In this document: piece after piece, positions 37,207 through 49,448 of the stretch | How the letters are laid out: every line of letters begins with the position of its first letter | How positions within the stretch are numbered: the stretch's first letter is position 1 | From: Hormiphora californensis | Lineage: Eukaryota > Animalia > Ctenophora | Direction: 5' to 3' | Assembly: GCA_020137815.1 (NCBI GenBank) | Contig: CM035350.1 | Coordinates: 7,378,001 to 7,442,000, forward strand | Length of the DNA: 64,000 nt | Notes under the pieces: generated by a model | Databases searched by the model: none | What the model was told of the DNA's origin: nothing | What the model saw: the letters and a program-made list of their open reading frames with translations, nothing else | Position numbers and translations under genes: made by a program

Positions 37207-39410
37207 CTAGCAGCTAGTTGAGTTCAAAATCAGAGGGCAGCGTGCTTGTTCCATGTTCGCCCAAGGGTTTACACTCCTGCTGTGTTCTCTCATCAGCATC
37301 CACTGTTTCTGGTACTTCTGCAGTTCCATCTGAAAGATGTTCAGGATTAATTTAGAAATCCATTTTACGAAATTATCGTGAACCTACGGCTGATAATTGA
37401 GATTGAAAACAGACACAGCACTACGTTGCCATGGTGAATGGCTCTATTTATTCCCAAGCTCTCTTGAGAGTGCGCGTTGCGCCATAACGGGGGTCCTTTC
37501 TTTTCATGCCATACTTCGCGCGCTCCAACTATCATACCTGTGCGATATCGACCTTCCTTTCCCAGGTTTTCAGGGTCTTGGTGAGATCGTAGAGATCGGC
37601 CCTCACTTGGACGTAGTCAATAACCTCAGGCACAATGTAATCTTGGAGCTGCCGACGAAGGTTCACATTCACTGATTCCGCCTTCACCCTCTCTTTTTCG
37701 ACAGATTCTGTCTCTTCATCTACAAGGGATTGGGTTGTTAGCACTCGTGCTGCACGGGTAAGTTAACCCCTGTGCAGCCCTCACACGTATTTTGATACAA
37801 ACATACCCGAGTGCTTATGGTTAACATACCCCGCGACTTTTTTGTAAGTTGGTCCCTTTAGATAATAAACAACATAAACATAAACATAAAACGACATGTC
37901 GACATAACAACGCACCGATCTTAGAAAGAAGTTCTTCTCGTTGGGCGATCTCCTTCTTCAGTCTGTTAGACTCCATTGTCAGATGATTTAACTTCTTTTT
38001 GTACGTGTTCAGGACCTAATAACACAATTAATCAACAACAAGGCACTATCTGTCGAGAAACTATACCAAACTCCTACCAAATGCTAAAAGCAGACCCAAC
38101 TGTCTCCAATTTACCTGCAGGGTGTTCCCAGATGAGTGCTTCAGTTTCAGCAACTCCTGATTTCTCTCGTCGATCTTCTCGAGATACTGATTATTCTCGA
38201 TTCTAAGTTGCTTGAAGTCAACTTCGTGCAAGACCTGGCGAAAAAGGGAAAATTCAATCGGATAATCTTGACACTCAGGAACTGAAATTGAAAATACTTG
38301 TCCCAAAAGTCACCAAGTCAGTCAACCAATAAACGGTATACCTCTCCCATAGTCTTCTTTCTGCTTGAGTGCCATCTGAAGCTTCTTCTTTTGGACTTTC
38401 AACGTAGAGTTCTTCAGGCGAAGTTTCTCAATCAAGGCCTTCCTTGTTTTCATCTTATCCTCGAAATACCGTGAAACTCTCTCAGCTATTACTTTCCCAG
38501 TTCTCTGCAAACAATGGGAGACATTTAAGACAAGTGATCAGTTACATTCAAAGCGAGGTGCTTGAAAATTCTTACCGGGTTTTTGGCGCCCAATACAATG
38601 TCCCTATTGAACTCGTATGATGACTTCTTTATCTCGCCCTGTCGTATTTCAGCCTCTTCTCTTGTGGCCTTAAATAAAGGGTGTTACGAAAAATTAGAAA
38701 TCCACAAAACACATATAAAATGATTTACAAGTAGCGTTGTTGCGTTGTAGTATTTGATATTCCACCAGTAGTTTCTAATTACCTTGTATGTGTCAAGAAC
38801 CTTCTCTGTTTCATGTTTGAACTTGTTAATCTCCTCCCTCAATTCATCGTGCTCTCTCTGAGCAATGTCACATTTCTGTTCCGTAGTGAGTTTCAGTAAC
38901 CGCTCGGTGGACCCAGTCCTAGATCTTGATCTCCGTTTGTGTACCCTTACCACATCCTGCTGGACTGGCGATGCTTCTGCTGAAAAAGAGATTATTGTTT
39001 GGCTAACTTCCAGAACAGATCACATGTGACATGCATGATGCGGTACATGATGCGATGTAGTGGTAAGGGATAACTTACCAAGACCTTTGATCTGCGTCTG
39101 TATGTCCTTTGGATCAACTCTCTTCAAGTAGCGTGATAGAATTATAGTTTCCTTCTCAAGTCTCTCATTATCAGTCCTAACAAGCAGGTGAGCAGCGTGT
39201 GAATGTACCGTTATTTAAATTTTTGGACCGGTTGAGAGAACATACTAAAAAGAATTCATGTTGCTGGTAATCTCACCTCATCTCATCTAGTGCTATTAGA
39301 ATCTCCTCCTCCGTACTTCTGGCGAACTGATCCGCCAGGGATATCTGGCTGGTGTTCGCACTGATACTGCTCGAGCCGGTAGCAGAGGGACCCTCCCCGG
39401 TCGAAGTCAT
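37207..39410 (-). CDS. CCDC113: Coiled-coil domain-containing protein 113 (CFAP263), multi-exon ciliary protein
   Basis: Exons encode LTTEQKCDIAQRE, YFEDKMKTRKALIEKLRLKNSTLKVQKKKLQMALKQKE, LHEVDFKQLRIENNQYLEKIDERNQELLKLK.SSGNTLQ and DYIVPEVIDYVQ...WERKVDIAQ. Some indels are probably sequence errors. Confidence 0.88.
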
Positions 39411-39919
39411 GTTGCTAATTAGGGGAGAAAGATGAAAAGTAATGAAAAACTATGAAAAAGAATGCAGAATCTGAGTCTGTAGGATTTTATTATGTCTACA
39501 AGTTGTACCTGAAAACTTATAACACGAGACGGATTCACGCATCAGCAAAATCCATCCCTAACCCGCAAATTAGAAACAAAACTCTCGCTAACCCGCTTAG
39601 CATTACCGATTCGAAACACGATTCGTAATATATACCATAATTTTGACTTGAAAAATTGTGAAAAATATTTCAGTAAATTTTACCGTACGAATCGTGTTGC
39701 GAATCAGTGATGATATCTGGCAATATTGTCGCTAATTATACGATGAATCGTGGTACCCCTAAGTTTCCTAATTAGATTCGATGAGGGTTCACGTATCAGC
39801 ACAATTCATCTCGAACCAATGGTTCATACGGCAAAATTGACATTGAAATCCATTAAAATTTTCGTGAAATTATTGACAAATGATGGCCGAAAAGCCCGAT
39901 TTTTGGCAATTTTATACAA

Positions 39920-40023
39920 AAAATTCGGTGATGCGGACAAAATTTTCCACCGAACCGAACCGAACCGAACCACCGAAAAAATACCGAATCACCTAACCGA
40001 ACCGAATATTCGGTCGCTTCCTG
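39920..40023. mobile_element. hAT-like transposon end with (ccgaa)n subterminal repeats
   Basis: ccgaaccgaaccgaacc...ccgaatattcggtcgcttccctg terminus. Confidence 0.45.
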
Positions 40024-40377
40024 CATTAAAGAAAAGTGATTTTCAGAATTTTAAGTTTTGTTAAGGTTTCTCATCCTAGTACCACTGGAATACGTTGCAG
40101 TTAAAGTCGGACTTTTTGAAGTTGTCACCCCCTTTTTACGTACGGCGTCGTATTTGCACGTGACAGCCCCCACTTGCTCTCATTTTTTGGCAAAAAGCCG
40201 TATATCATCGGAAAGTCCTTCGGTGATGCACGGCGCAAAAATGCTGCACTTTCAATACGATTTAGCGCCAAAAAGTGTAAGTTGCTATGGTTACTCTATC
40301 ACTGTGTGTAGTAAAGCGAGTGTGATAGTATCACACTCGCTTTACTACACCACATGAGCCAGGATCAGTCACAAGAC

Positions 40378-40886
40378 CAGGGACGGCGCTCGTGGGTGTC
40401 CGGGTGTCCGCAGACACCCAGACCAAAAAGACGGAGAGAGAAAAGAAGAAAAAATGGAAAAAAACAACAAGAATTTGAAAAAAATCGGTGAAAACTGCGA
40501 AATTTTGGATTTGTGCGCAGCCGGGTGACCGGAGCTCTGCCGGACACCCAGATGCACTGTGCACACCTGTAACGCACGGCAGAGCATAAAGAGGGTTCTT
40601 TCGCGCGCCACAGTGCATTTTGACGTGACCAGGGTGTCCGGTTCATCCAGAAAATTGTGTGCGCTGGCGGATCACAAAAGGAGTTAAGAAATGCTTAAAA
40701 TCGTTTAAAAACGCCTCAAATGTCCGAAATTTTCGGGGGGCTTCGCCCCTCAACCCCCACCGGGGCTTGCAGCCCCTGGACCCTGCTTGTGGGGGGTTTC
40801 ACCCCCCACGCCCCCTGACCGAGGCTGCCGCCCCTGGCCCCGGACACCCAGGGACTTGCTGGGCCCAAGGCCCAGCGCCGTCCCTG
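40378..40886. mobile_element. Non-autonomous hAT element, 509 bp
   Basis: TIR cagggacggcgct / agcgccgtccctg, a perfect 8-bp TSD cacaagac (40370-40377, 40887-40894), and internal ggacaccc/gggtgtcc motifs. Confidence 0.88.
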
Positions 40887-40899
40887 CACAAGACAGCCA

Positions 40900-41345
40900 G
40901 CGTTAAGTTGTTAAAATCTGGGTGGTTGGAGTGTCATCGTAACGGCGCCCTCACCAGACGGGCAACGTTACGATCTGGCTGTTTGGTGGTCTGTCTACAG
41001 GTGCGTGCTGCCAAAAAGTACCCTGCACTAAAATGGCTCTAACCGCCGAACCACTCAACCGTTTTTGCTAATCCAAAGTTTATCTGATAGGAAATATCAA
41101 GGTAACCCAAACCCTACTTCAGCCCTAAAGTCGGATTTTTTGAAACTGTCACCCCCCTTTTTGTGCGCGGAATGTTTTTGTGCGTCACATCACATGTTAA
41201 CGTGTGGTGTGCACGTCAAAATTGATAAATTTCACATGCGCGGTCATTTTGGGGTGACAGTTTCAAAAAATCCGACTTTAATCCCAAAAACCGTGAGTCC
41301 TGACACTCCAAACACCCAGATTTTAACGCTGCCTTCACGAGACGG
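40900..41345. repeat. Dispersed repeat related to 59915-60130, interrupted by a MITE
   Basis: Shared acaggtgc..ctaaaatggc..taacc..caaagtttatctg..gtgagt.ctgacactc.aaaca.ccagattttaacg. Confidence 0.75.
41129..41277. mobile_element. ~149-bp Kolobok-like MITE, copy 2
   Basis: Same TIR and interior as 5008-5155, in reverse orientation; flanks CTAA and TTAA. Confidence 0.8.
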
Positions 41346-41915
41346 TGAAATCTCAAATCTCGTGTTCTGTGATTTCAAAGTTCCAGTGATTTCAAAGAAC
41401 CAGAAAATTCTTGCGGAGGCGCGGCATATAACGCGCGGCAAGACGTTGCAGCGTATTTTGTTTTACGCCGCGCAGTACGCACTTCGCTGCTAAATTTAAA
41501 ATTTCATACTCAAAAAAGAAAATAGCCAGTTATTGGTAATGCAGAATTAAATACGTCTCATACAAATCAACGAGATATCTGATACTGAGACAACTGACGA
41601 ACAATAATAAGTAACACACCTCACTTCACTAATAGTAATTCAGTCTCAAATTCTCAAATTTGTGTAAAACCAGTGACTGTGAGTGACAATCGGATAGTTA
41701 AAACGTCAGAAGTTCTAACCTAGAAGTCGAAAATAATAAAAATAATAACCTACCAAAACACATAACAGATTTAGTGATTTTGAAATATCGGTGCAGTATA
41801 AATTAGTCAAAGCAGTTTTGGTAAGTAAGCTGTAAGTAGTAAAGTTCTTCCCTTGCTGGGAAAAGATTTGAACAATGTTCATGTGATTACATGTGTAAGC
41901 TGTATTTTGTTGGCA

Positions 41916-43437
41916 CTATTGGGTTTCCATGGGCACAGTATTCTCACTTTGTTGTAGTTCCAGTGCTACCTTCTTCGCCCTCTGTTCCTCCCTGAATATC
42001 CGCAACTTATCAGCACGCTCTCTCGCCTTTTCTGTATAGGAGGGATGTTATTGTGTTACTATCATGTAGATCAGTAACCACCCTGCATTTTATGATGAGC
42101 TTGCCCAACAATCCCCATTACATCAGCACAGGCCCAGGACGGGGGTAGGCGCCTGCTGGAAAATGAGAAACAATAACTAACCAGCATTTTTAGCAGCTGT
42201 TTCTTTCGATATAGCCGGCTTGTTGACAATCTTGGGTTTGAGGACTTTGGTTGGAGCTGGTTTGACTGGTTCTGGTTCCATCCAGTTATTTTGTTTCAGT
42301 TTAATCAGGGCGTCATAGGCATCCTGGGTCTGGTCAATCTGTGTGAAACAACTCGTGTGAGGGAGACGTGCACAATTTTGGGGGTGGTGGGGACATGTAC
42401 CCAATATATTCAGTGGGAGAAGCACGCTACAGAGAGATAGTTTCACGCACCTGTAGTTCGATCATTTCCCAAAACCCGGTCAGGTCGGATACTTTGGTTG
42501 GGGGAGTGTAGGTTGGGCTAAGGGCGTCCTTCACCATTTTCTGGTACTGTTTCTGGAGCTTACTCCTTACTATCAGTCGTGTCTTACCACAGAACGCCTC
42601 TATATCTCCTCGCACTAGATAGAAGGGAATTGGCGAGGGGAGGGAGGGGTTAGAGGGAGGGAGGGGGTTAGAGGGGAGGGAGGGTGTTCGAGAGGAGGGA
42701 GGGGGTTAGAGGGGAGGGAGGGGGTTAGAGGGGAGGGAGGGGGTTAGAGAGGAGGGAGGGGGTTAGAGGGAGGGGGTTAGAGAGGACTAGGACGGCGGAG
42801 GAAGGGAAGTGTGGTGTATCAGACAAGGTGTTTGTTGTGGTAAATAGTGCAGCCCTAATAAACACCACTAAACGTCGCCTACCCTTCTCTGTTAGCTGAG
42901 TGACCTCCAAGAACAGCTCGACCTCAGTGGCAAGAGCCAGGAGCCTCAAACAGGTGGTATCCAGAGTCTTCTGACACTTCCTCACTCCTGTTAGGTGATC
43001 CGCTCCAAAGTGTGCTACTAACTCTTCCTCAGTGTACACCTTCTCCTAGTGAGGGAGTCGGTAGTAGAGAAGAGAGGGATTTAGAGAGTTAGTGGGAAGA
43101 GAGGGAGTGGGTAGTAGATAAAGAGGGAGAGTATAAGTAGTAGGGAAAAGAGGGAATGATAGAGAAGGACAGACGGAGGAGGGATACCAAGGCTCGCTTC
43201 AATACAGTATAAATCTGATTGTACATACATCATAGGGTAGCTGAGATTCTTGCGGCAGCCCCCCCCCCCCCTGATTGTACATACCTCTTCCTGTTTCTGC
43301 AGTAGGAGCTGCTTTTGTCGTTTTGCTTCCTCCAGTTTGGATCTTAATGAGGAGCGACTTCGTTTCTTGGGAGTGAGCCTATCGAACACATAGTTCTCAT
43401 CCGATTTGGCCATGGATCTAGTTGTTACTGGAGCCAT
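41916..43437 (-). CDS. Short GKAP/DLGAP homology (GH1) domain protein, paralog B (DLGAP5/HURP-like)
   Basis: Exons at approximately 43437-43285, 43020-42883, 42614-42451, 42338-42181 and 42032-41916. They encode RGDIEAFCGKTRLIVRSKLQKQY...PTKVSDLTGFWEMIELQ-IDQTQDAYDALIKLKQNNW, which matches the GH1 DLxGFWD..L.ANxW motif. Confidence 0.78.
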
Positions 43438-43813
43438 AGACTATAATAACAGAGATTATAATGGGATAATTGGGCGATGAATTACTCTGTCCGTCACAGT
43501 TATGTGGGGATCAGTGTTCCATGTCAAAGAAGGGATTATGGAGAGGTCACACTAAATCAAACAGGAATTAATTAACAGAAAAATAAGGTGACAATAAACA
43601 ACAAAAACAATGAGAGATCCGTTTATTAAAATACATAAAAACGCTGAAATTTTGACATGATTTTCAAGCCCCCATCTTGTGTCACTGTCTGGGGAGCGAA
43701 AATCTTTAAATTGTGAAACTCGGGTACCAATAATTTAACATGCTCCATTTGACCTACTTATGAGGAAAATCGTTATCCCGTTACATGTTACACGTCATCA
43801 TGTCACACACCAC

Positions 43814-44223
43814 TCACTTCTTGCGGCCTTTCCTTTTGCCTGAAAGGAATTGAAGTGGTTAAGACGGATATAATTTACCAGGGTGAATCGAAGAGATATA
43901 GCTCCTCTGATCATGTACTGTTATACTATGTGACCCCCTGTACTATGTGACCCCCTGTACTATGTGACCCCATGTACTATGTGACCCCCTGTACTATGTG
44001 ACCCCCTGTACTATGTGACCCCATGTACTATGTGACCCCCTGTACTATGTGACCCCCTGTACTATGTGACCCCCTGTACTATGTGACCCCCTGTACCTTT
44101 AGCTGGCGTCTTCTTTGGTTCCGGTAGATCCGCCCAATTGTTATCTCTCAGTCTGCACAACCTAGTATACTCCATCTGTATCTCACTCACCTGGGAATAT
44201 ATGGTGTGTTTAAAAGAAAGACC

Positions 44224-44288
<65 letters not shown>

Positions 44289-44295
44289 AGAGAAG

Positions 44296-44331
<36 letters not shown>

Positions 44332-44929
44332 AGAAAGAGAGAGAAAGGATATACCTGGGGTACGAGAGTTTCCCATGCGGCCTCCAGTTCTGGGATTGTA
44401 GCGGGAGTTGAGCCATCGGGAGGGTAGAGTGCAGTTGTTATCAACTTGTTGAACCACCCACTCAGTTGCTCCTTCATAAACACATCTATCTTTTCTACAA
44501 ACTCACGAATACCCTTCCTGTCTGAAGGACAAAGTTATAATGCGCTATCAGTTCACTTTGCCTTCGAACCTCTCTCAAATTAAAAGGTTTCAACTAACTT
44601 GGATCAGTAAATCCTAGTTTTCCTTTCTCTCTTTCCATCTGGTAGGAATACTCCCGGAACGTCTCCTGAGTCTCATCCATCGTCTTTTTACACTTGTTCA
44701 CGCCCACCAGATGAGTCTCTAAATATTGGGTGGCTTTAGGGGACTTTTATTGTTAAGTAAGAAGGAGGTGGGGTGTTAAAGTACCTTGTCCTGTAAGGTT
44801 GAAGAAAGATTTCCTTCTTTTCACTGTTTTACTCTTTGTCTTTGCAGCCCTTTTCTCCGGTGTCAGAGAGCAGTGAGCAAAGTTAGGATCATTTCGGGAG
44901 CTGGCTCGTGTTGCTCTGACTGGTGCCAT
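43814..44929 (-). CDS. Divergent GKAP/DLGAP (GH1) domain protein, paralog A
   Basis: MAPVRATR..LTPEKR parallels paralog B MAPVTTR..LTPKKR, and HLVGVNKCKKTMD parallels HLTGVRKCQKTLD. The GH1 core is ELEAAWETLVPQ-VSEIQMEYTRLCRLRDNNW and the protein ends GKRKGRKK*. There is one phase mismatch at the first junction. Confidence 0.68.
43925..44096 (-). repeat. 17-bp tandem repeat (~10 copies) starting at a 5' splice site
   Basis: The minus-strand unit gtacagggggtcacata begins at the donor AAAG|GTACAG. Confidence 0.92.
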
Positions 44930-45280
44930 GTGGAATGCAGCTAGAGATTGGAATGGGTTGTGAGGTCATCAGCAGGGATAAGGTTAGAGTGTCAAATGGG
45001 GCATTCGAACTTCGCGCCTCCAAAACCCACCGCGCACAGGACGCGCGTTGTTCCATGTTGGAACGGTTCGGAGACCGCGCCAGCCGACCAACCGAAACAG
45101 AGACAAAACTCAGCCCCAACAGTCAACACTGACCCCTCACCCCAGACCCACAATCCACATGAGGGGTAAAAGAGACTGGAGAGAGAAAGGAGAGAGTAAA
45201 AGAGGTTTTATGAGATGGTGACAAAAAGTATAATTAGAGCTCACTGTAAAACTGCGCTGCCAGGCGCTCTTCCACTCGAC

Positions 45281-45389
45281 CAGGAACCGACCGAAGCAAG
45301 TAAACAACCAATCAGAAGTCGTTATTTAGGTCACGTGACTGGTTATGAGCCAATCAGGGACCAGTATTTCCTGATTCGGTCGGTTCCTG
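45281..45389. mobile_element. 109-bp hAT-type MITE, copy 1
   Basis: 15-bp TIR caggaaccgaccgaa, internal CCAATCAG x2 and CACGTG; degenerate 8-bp flanks. Confidence 0.85.
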
Positions 45390-45431
45390 CTTCAGACATT
45401 TCGATATAAATCACACTGGTAAGTACTATAA

Positions 45432-45549
45432 CGGTTCTCTTCAAATACACTCCAAGTTGTCTCTAACCCAACGTTCTCTTCAAATACACTCCAAGTTGTC
45501 TCTAACCCAACGTTCTCTTCAAATACACTCCAAGTTGACTCTAACCCAA
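45432..45549. repeat. 39-bp tandem repeat x3
   Basis: Unit gttctcttcaaatacactccaagttgtctctaacccaac. Confidence 0.9.
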
Positions 45550-45714
45550 ATTACATGAGATAGAAATGTACAAACTGTCTTCGATGTGATATACACACAC
45601 TCAGAGATACACACAGACAGACATACATACACATTATTATAATCCACGCCTGGACGGCAAACCTACCAACACCTAGGATTTCTTTTGCAGTGTTTTAATA
45701 CTAGTCGTTAGTCG

Positions 45715-46724
45715 TTAGGAAAGTTGGAGTTGTCGCTGTGATCGAAGTCTTGATTTGAATCCTCTGATGTTAGTCGTCCCGTTCGGATCTGCATTAGGAT
45801 TGTCATGAGAACATAAACACTTCACATTTTGAAGAAGAGAGAACCAAAAAACTAAAAAAGGGCCAATAAGGGGTGTAAAAGAAGGGCAATGTTTCTCACC
45901 TGTTATTGTTTTGCAGACTCTCTGCCAATGCATCAATTGCTCCTCGAAGTTGGGATCAGCCATTGCAATGTAGTTAGATGGGGTACAGAGATCAGGGTAC
46001 AGGGGGAAGAACTCCTAAAACGAGGGAGTTAAAAAAGAGGAGTTCTATGAAAAAGGAAATTTAGTTAAAAATAAGGAGCTCACAGGGGTGTATCACACAG
46101 TGAAAGCTGTCGTGAGGATCTTGGTGTTGAGAGCTTTACTAAATTCCCACAGCTGGGTAATATTGGATTCCAGCTATAATACTGTAGATCTATACTGTAT
46201 TGGTGTTTAGTTTTACCTTATATCCTCCATGTAGAATGTACATTTCTGGATAAAATAGTTCTGGGTATCGATACGCATTCCTATCTCGATCCTCCTTCCG
46301 TAAGAACCTGCACATTCGTGGACCTCGCTTGGAACTAAACTCACAGTGGAAAATAATCACCTGGAACAATTAGACATCAAATCAGAAGTAATGACCGGCC
46401 GAATTAGAGAAATATAGAGCACAGAAAGAGAGGGAACACGCCGTATTGGGATAACATCTGATCATAACTAACCTGTCGTTTGTAAGGTATCTGGGGGTCA
46501 GTTAGAAACTGCTGGATCAAATCGTTTTGAGTGACAACATTGAACGCTCCCTCTATATGACCGCCATTAAACTCATAGGGATACCTAGGAGGTATGTATT
46601 ATTGTGTGTCTGGCAATATATGACAACCTAGGGTTAGATAGATCGGAAACGTAAATAACTCATGTAATCAGTATTGTGAGGTTCAGAAAGTGAAGTACAA
46701 AATGACTGATGCAATTTGAGGTTT

Positions 46725-46803
<79 letters not shown>

Positions 46804-48194
46804 GTGAGAGAGAGTGCTGAAGTAAGGTCAGGAGAGGTATTATACAGAGGTAATTGGGTTGGGGTGAGGTAATTAGGTATGGATATTGGAGATCCAAACT
46901 CCAATAATTAGAAACCGGAGCAAGAACGGGCATGCCCCCCCCCCTCCGAGTCACCCAGTGTCCAGTTACCCAATCAACTATATCGGCTGGTCCCTAATCC
47001 TATAATAAATGATAATAATACCTTGTGTCGATAACGACATAGTTCTCCACGGTGTCCGAGTAGACTCCCTTTACCAGATTGTTCATGGTGGTGGGGGTGA
47101 TGCACTTTAGATCACAGTGCTCACTGTGACATGCCTTGTAGGGTAACGAGTACTGTCTACTATTGTTACCTGGGAATTTAGAGAAATAAAGGAGTGATAA
47201 AAAACTGTAGCACAAAGCGTTTACTAATTTAATGTGCCATGAGGGTACCCAGTACCCAGTACCCAGCACCCAGCACCCAGTACCCAGTACCCAGTACCCA
47301 CAAACACATGTTATGTATATATTTTTCATATTTTTCATATTTCTCTCACCGATAAGTGGAGGATTATCATAACTACTGTCCATGCACCCGGGTACAACTG
47401 GAAGATGTTCGCTGGAGGGTCGCTTTAACTGCGGTACACTCTCACAAGTTTCTATCTGTTTTAGATACGAATCTGAGAGACCCCTCTTATTAGGATTCTC
47501 TTTCTCTTCATCTTCATCCTCCTCATTTTCTAGTTCGTCCCCACTGTCGTCGAGTGGCTGTAAATTCTGATAATAAAACAAGTGAATCAATGGATCTCAG
47601 CTTCCAGCGAATAATCAGGGATAGGTGGGGCGTATACAAATTGCGCACGAATTGCAGTCTAGCTTGGCAATATAAAAATAGTAATTCAAAATTACCTCAA
47701 AATCATCCTGAAATGTATCGCTAAGGAAATCTGGGCCGGATGGTGGTGTATTCCTGAATAAATCTTTGTTTAAACTCCTAGGTAGTTTCTGCGTTGGTGA
47801 GGTATTGTTGAAACTCTGACAGGGAGAAAGAGGGAGGGATGAACAAGGGAGAAAGATGGAGGGATTAACAAGGGAGATGGGGTAACACAGTTTAGCTAGA
47901 TAAACAGGCAGTGAAAATATCACTTACACATTCATTGAGACTACTCTCGTTTGCCAGGGATAATGACAGATTAGTTAATCGAAACGGTTCCTCACCACCA
48001 CCCTTACGAGCTGAAATACACGAGGGTTAGTGTGCCCTAACAGTATCATAGCGCTGACAAGCGCCCGGGGCCCATCATACACCAGCGACTTACTTGCAAG
48101 AGAACTCTTCCCCTCAAATGAGTTACTAAGGGGGCTGGAGTCGAATGGTACTGCAAACGGGATGCTAAACCGTCTGATCACTGGGGTAGACGCA
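45715..48194 (-). CDS. CDC25: M-phase inducer phosphatase Cdc25; 5' end lost near the gap
   Basis: Spliced exons encode [86 protein letters not shown] and ..CTPSNYIAM. Stop at 45715. Confidence 0.93.
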
Positions 48195-48423
48195 CTGAAA
48201 CAATAGTTTAGTTGTCAATAATGTGCTACTTTTTACACATGATATCTCTTGCTAGACTGGAATCTGACGTTTATCTGATCAGGGCCTATAAAGAGATCAG
48301 TCTGATCAGTGCTAACGACCTGAAGGTAGGTGTGGAGGGCGGCGGGTCGCATCACATGGCGGGCCTGATTGTCACATTCATGGTAACCACCTATTACCAA
48401 CTAAGCTTCACTATCCAAACTAA

Positions 48424-48523
48424 NNNNNNNNNNNNNNNNNNNNNNNNNNNNNNNNNNNNNNNNNNNNNNNNNNNNNNNNNNNNNNNNNNNNNNNNNNNNN
48501 NNNNNNNNNNNNNNNNNNNNNNN
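48424..48523. other. Assembly gap (100 N)
   Basis: N run. Confidence 1.
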
Positions 48524-48584
48524 TTGTGAACTCACATGACCCTCAGGTAATATAGCTGTCTTGTCATCCCGTTATTTGTATCAT

Positions 48585-49398
48585 ATGACTCGTTCTTTGG
48601 TTCGTGGGATACCACGACCTCTCAGGTATAATAGCTGCTTTCATCTTTTTTAAAGTTCAAACTTTTTGGTATAATTATGTACTTCTTATATCTGGTATTT
48701 AGGGTAGGGAGAATCTGTGTGTGTAGTATACTTCCCATCACTCTTTTTAGTAGAAATCTAACTCACTCTTTCCATACGATCGATCTAATGAATAAAATTA
48801 ATTGGTATCACGTGTACTATGAATAACTCAAAAGTTAGTAGCAGCACCCAATTATGTAATGCATCCCTTGTTCTGCAGAAGGTGGGGCTTGGTTGCTGTG
48901 CTGGTGGTAGTGTGCTTTATTGGATTGATAAACAGACACATTTACATTCATGTTACCGTTGGTGGGAATTCTCCACAGGTAACGAGCTGCAGCAGCCCTG
49001 TAATAGCATGTGATTCTTGTTTCTAGCCATAAATCACAATCGAAACTTCATACCCGCTGCATTTACACAACATGATCTCCCTGTTATAGGAGAGGAGGTT
49101 AGAGATGCCGGTGGAATGGAGTGTCGCACACGTGGGATTCAGACCCGACAGTTTAGTGTACTACCAAGACAAACCCCCCGAACCATATTACGACAAGGTA
49201 TGTACTATGCAATATGCATGCAGTTGAAGTACTAATTCACTATCACGTGTGCCACTACATCTCCGTTCTCCAATCTGTTTTCATCTTAACAGTCCCCTAG
49301 GATCCTTGAAATACCTTCTGTCACCGCGCTTCCCGGAAGCAAATATGAAACAGCCCTCTCTCTCTCTCTCACTCACTCTCTCTCTTTGTTCTCTCTTT

Positions 49399-49448
<50 letters not shown>

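Noticed and set aside
37800-38360. Frameshifts in CCDC113 (also GALNT ~51378 and CDC25 ~47930-48050) as pseudogenisation or recoding
   Set aside because: The indels are isolated, fall in otherwise well-conserved genes, and lie in regions of visibly noisy sequence, so assembly errors are more likely.
39750-41493. Cluster of 95-142 aa ORFs
   Set aside because: They lie within nested non-autonomous transposons and show no recognisable protein motifs.
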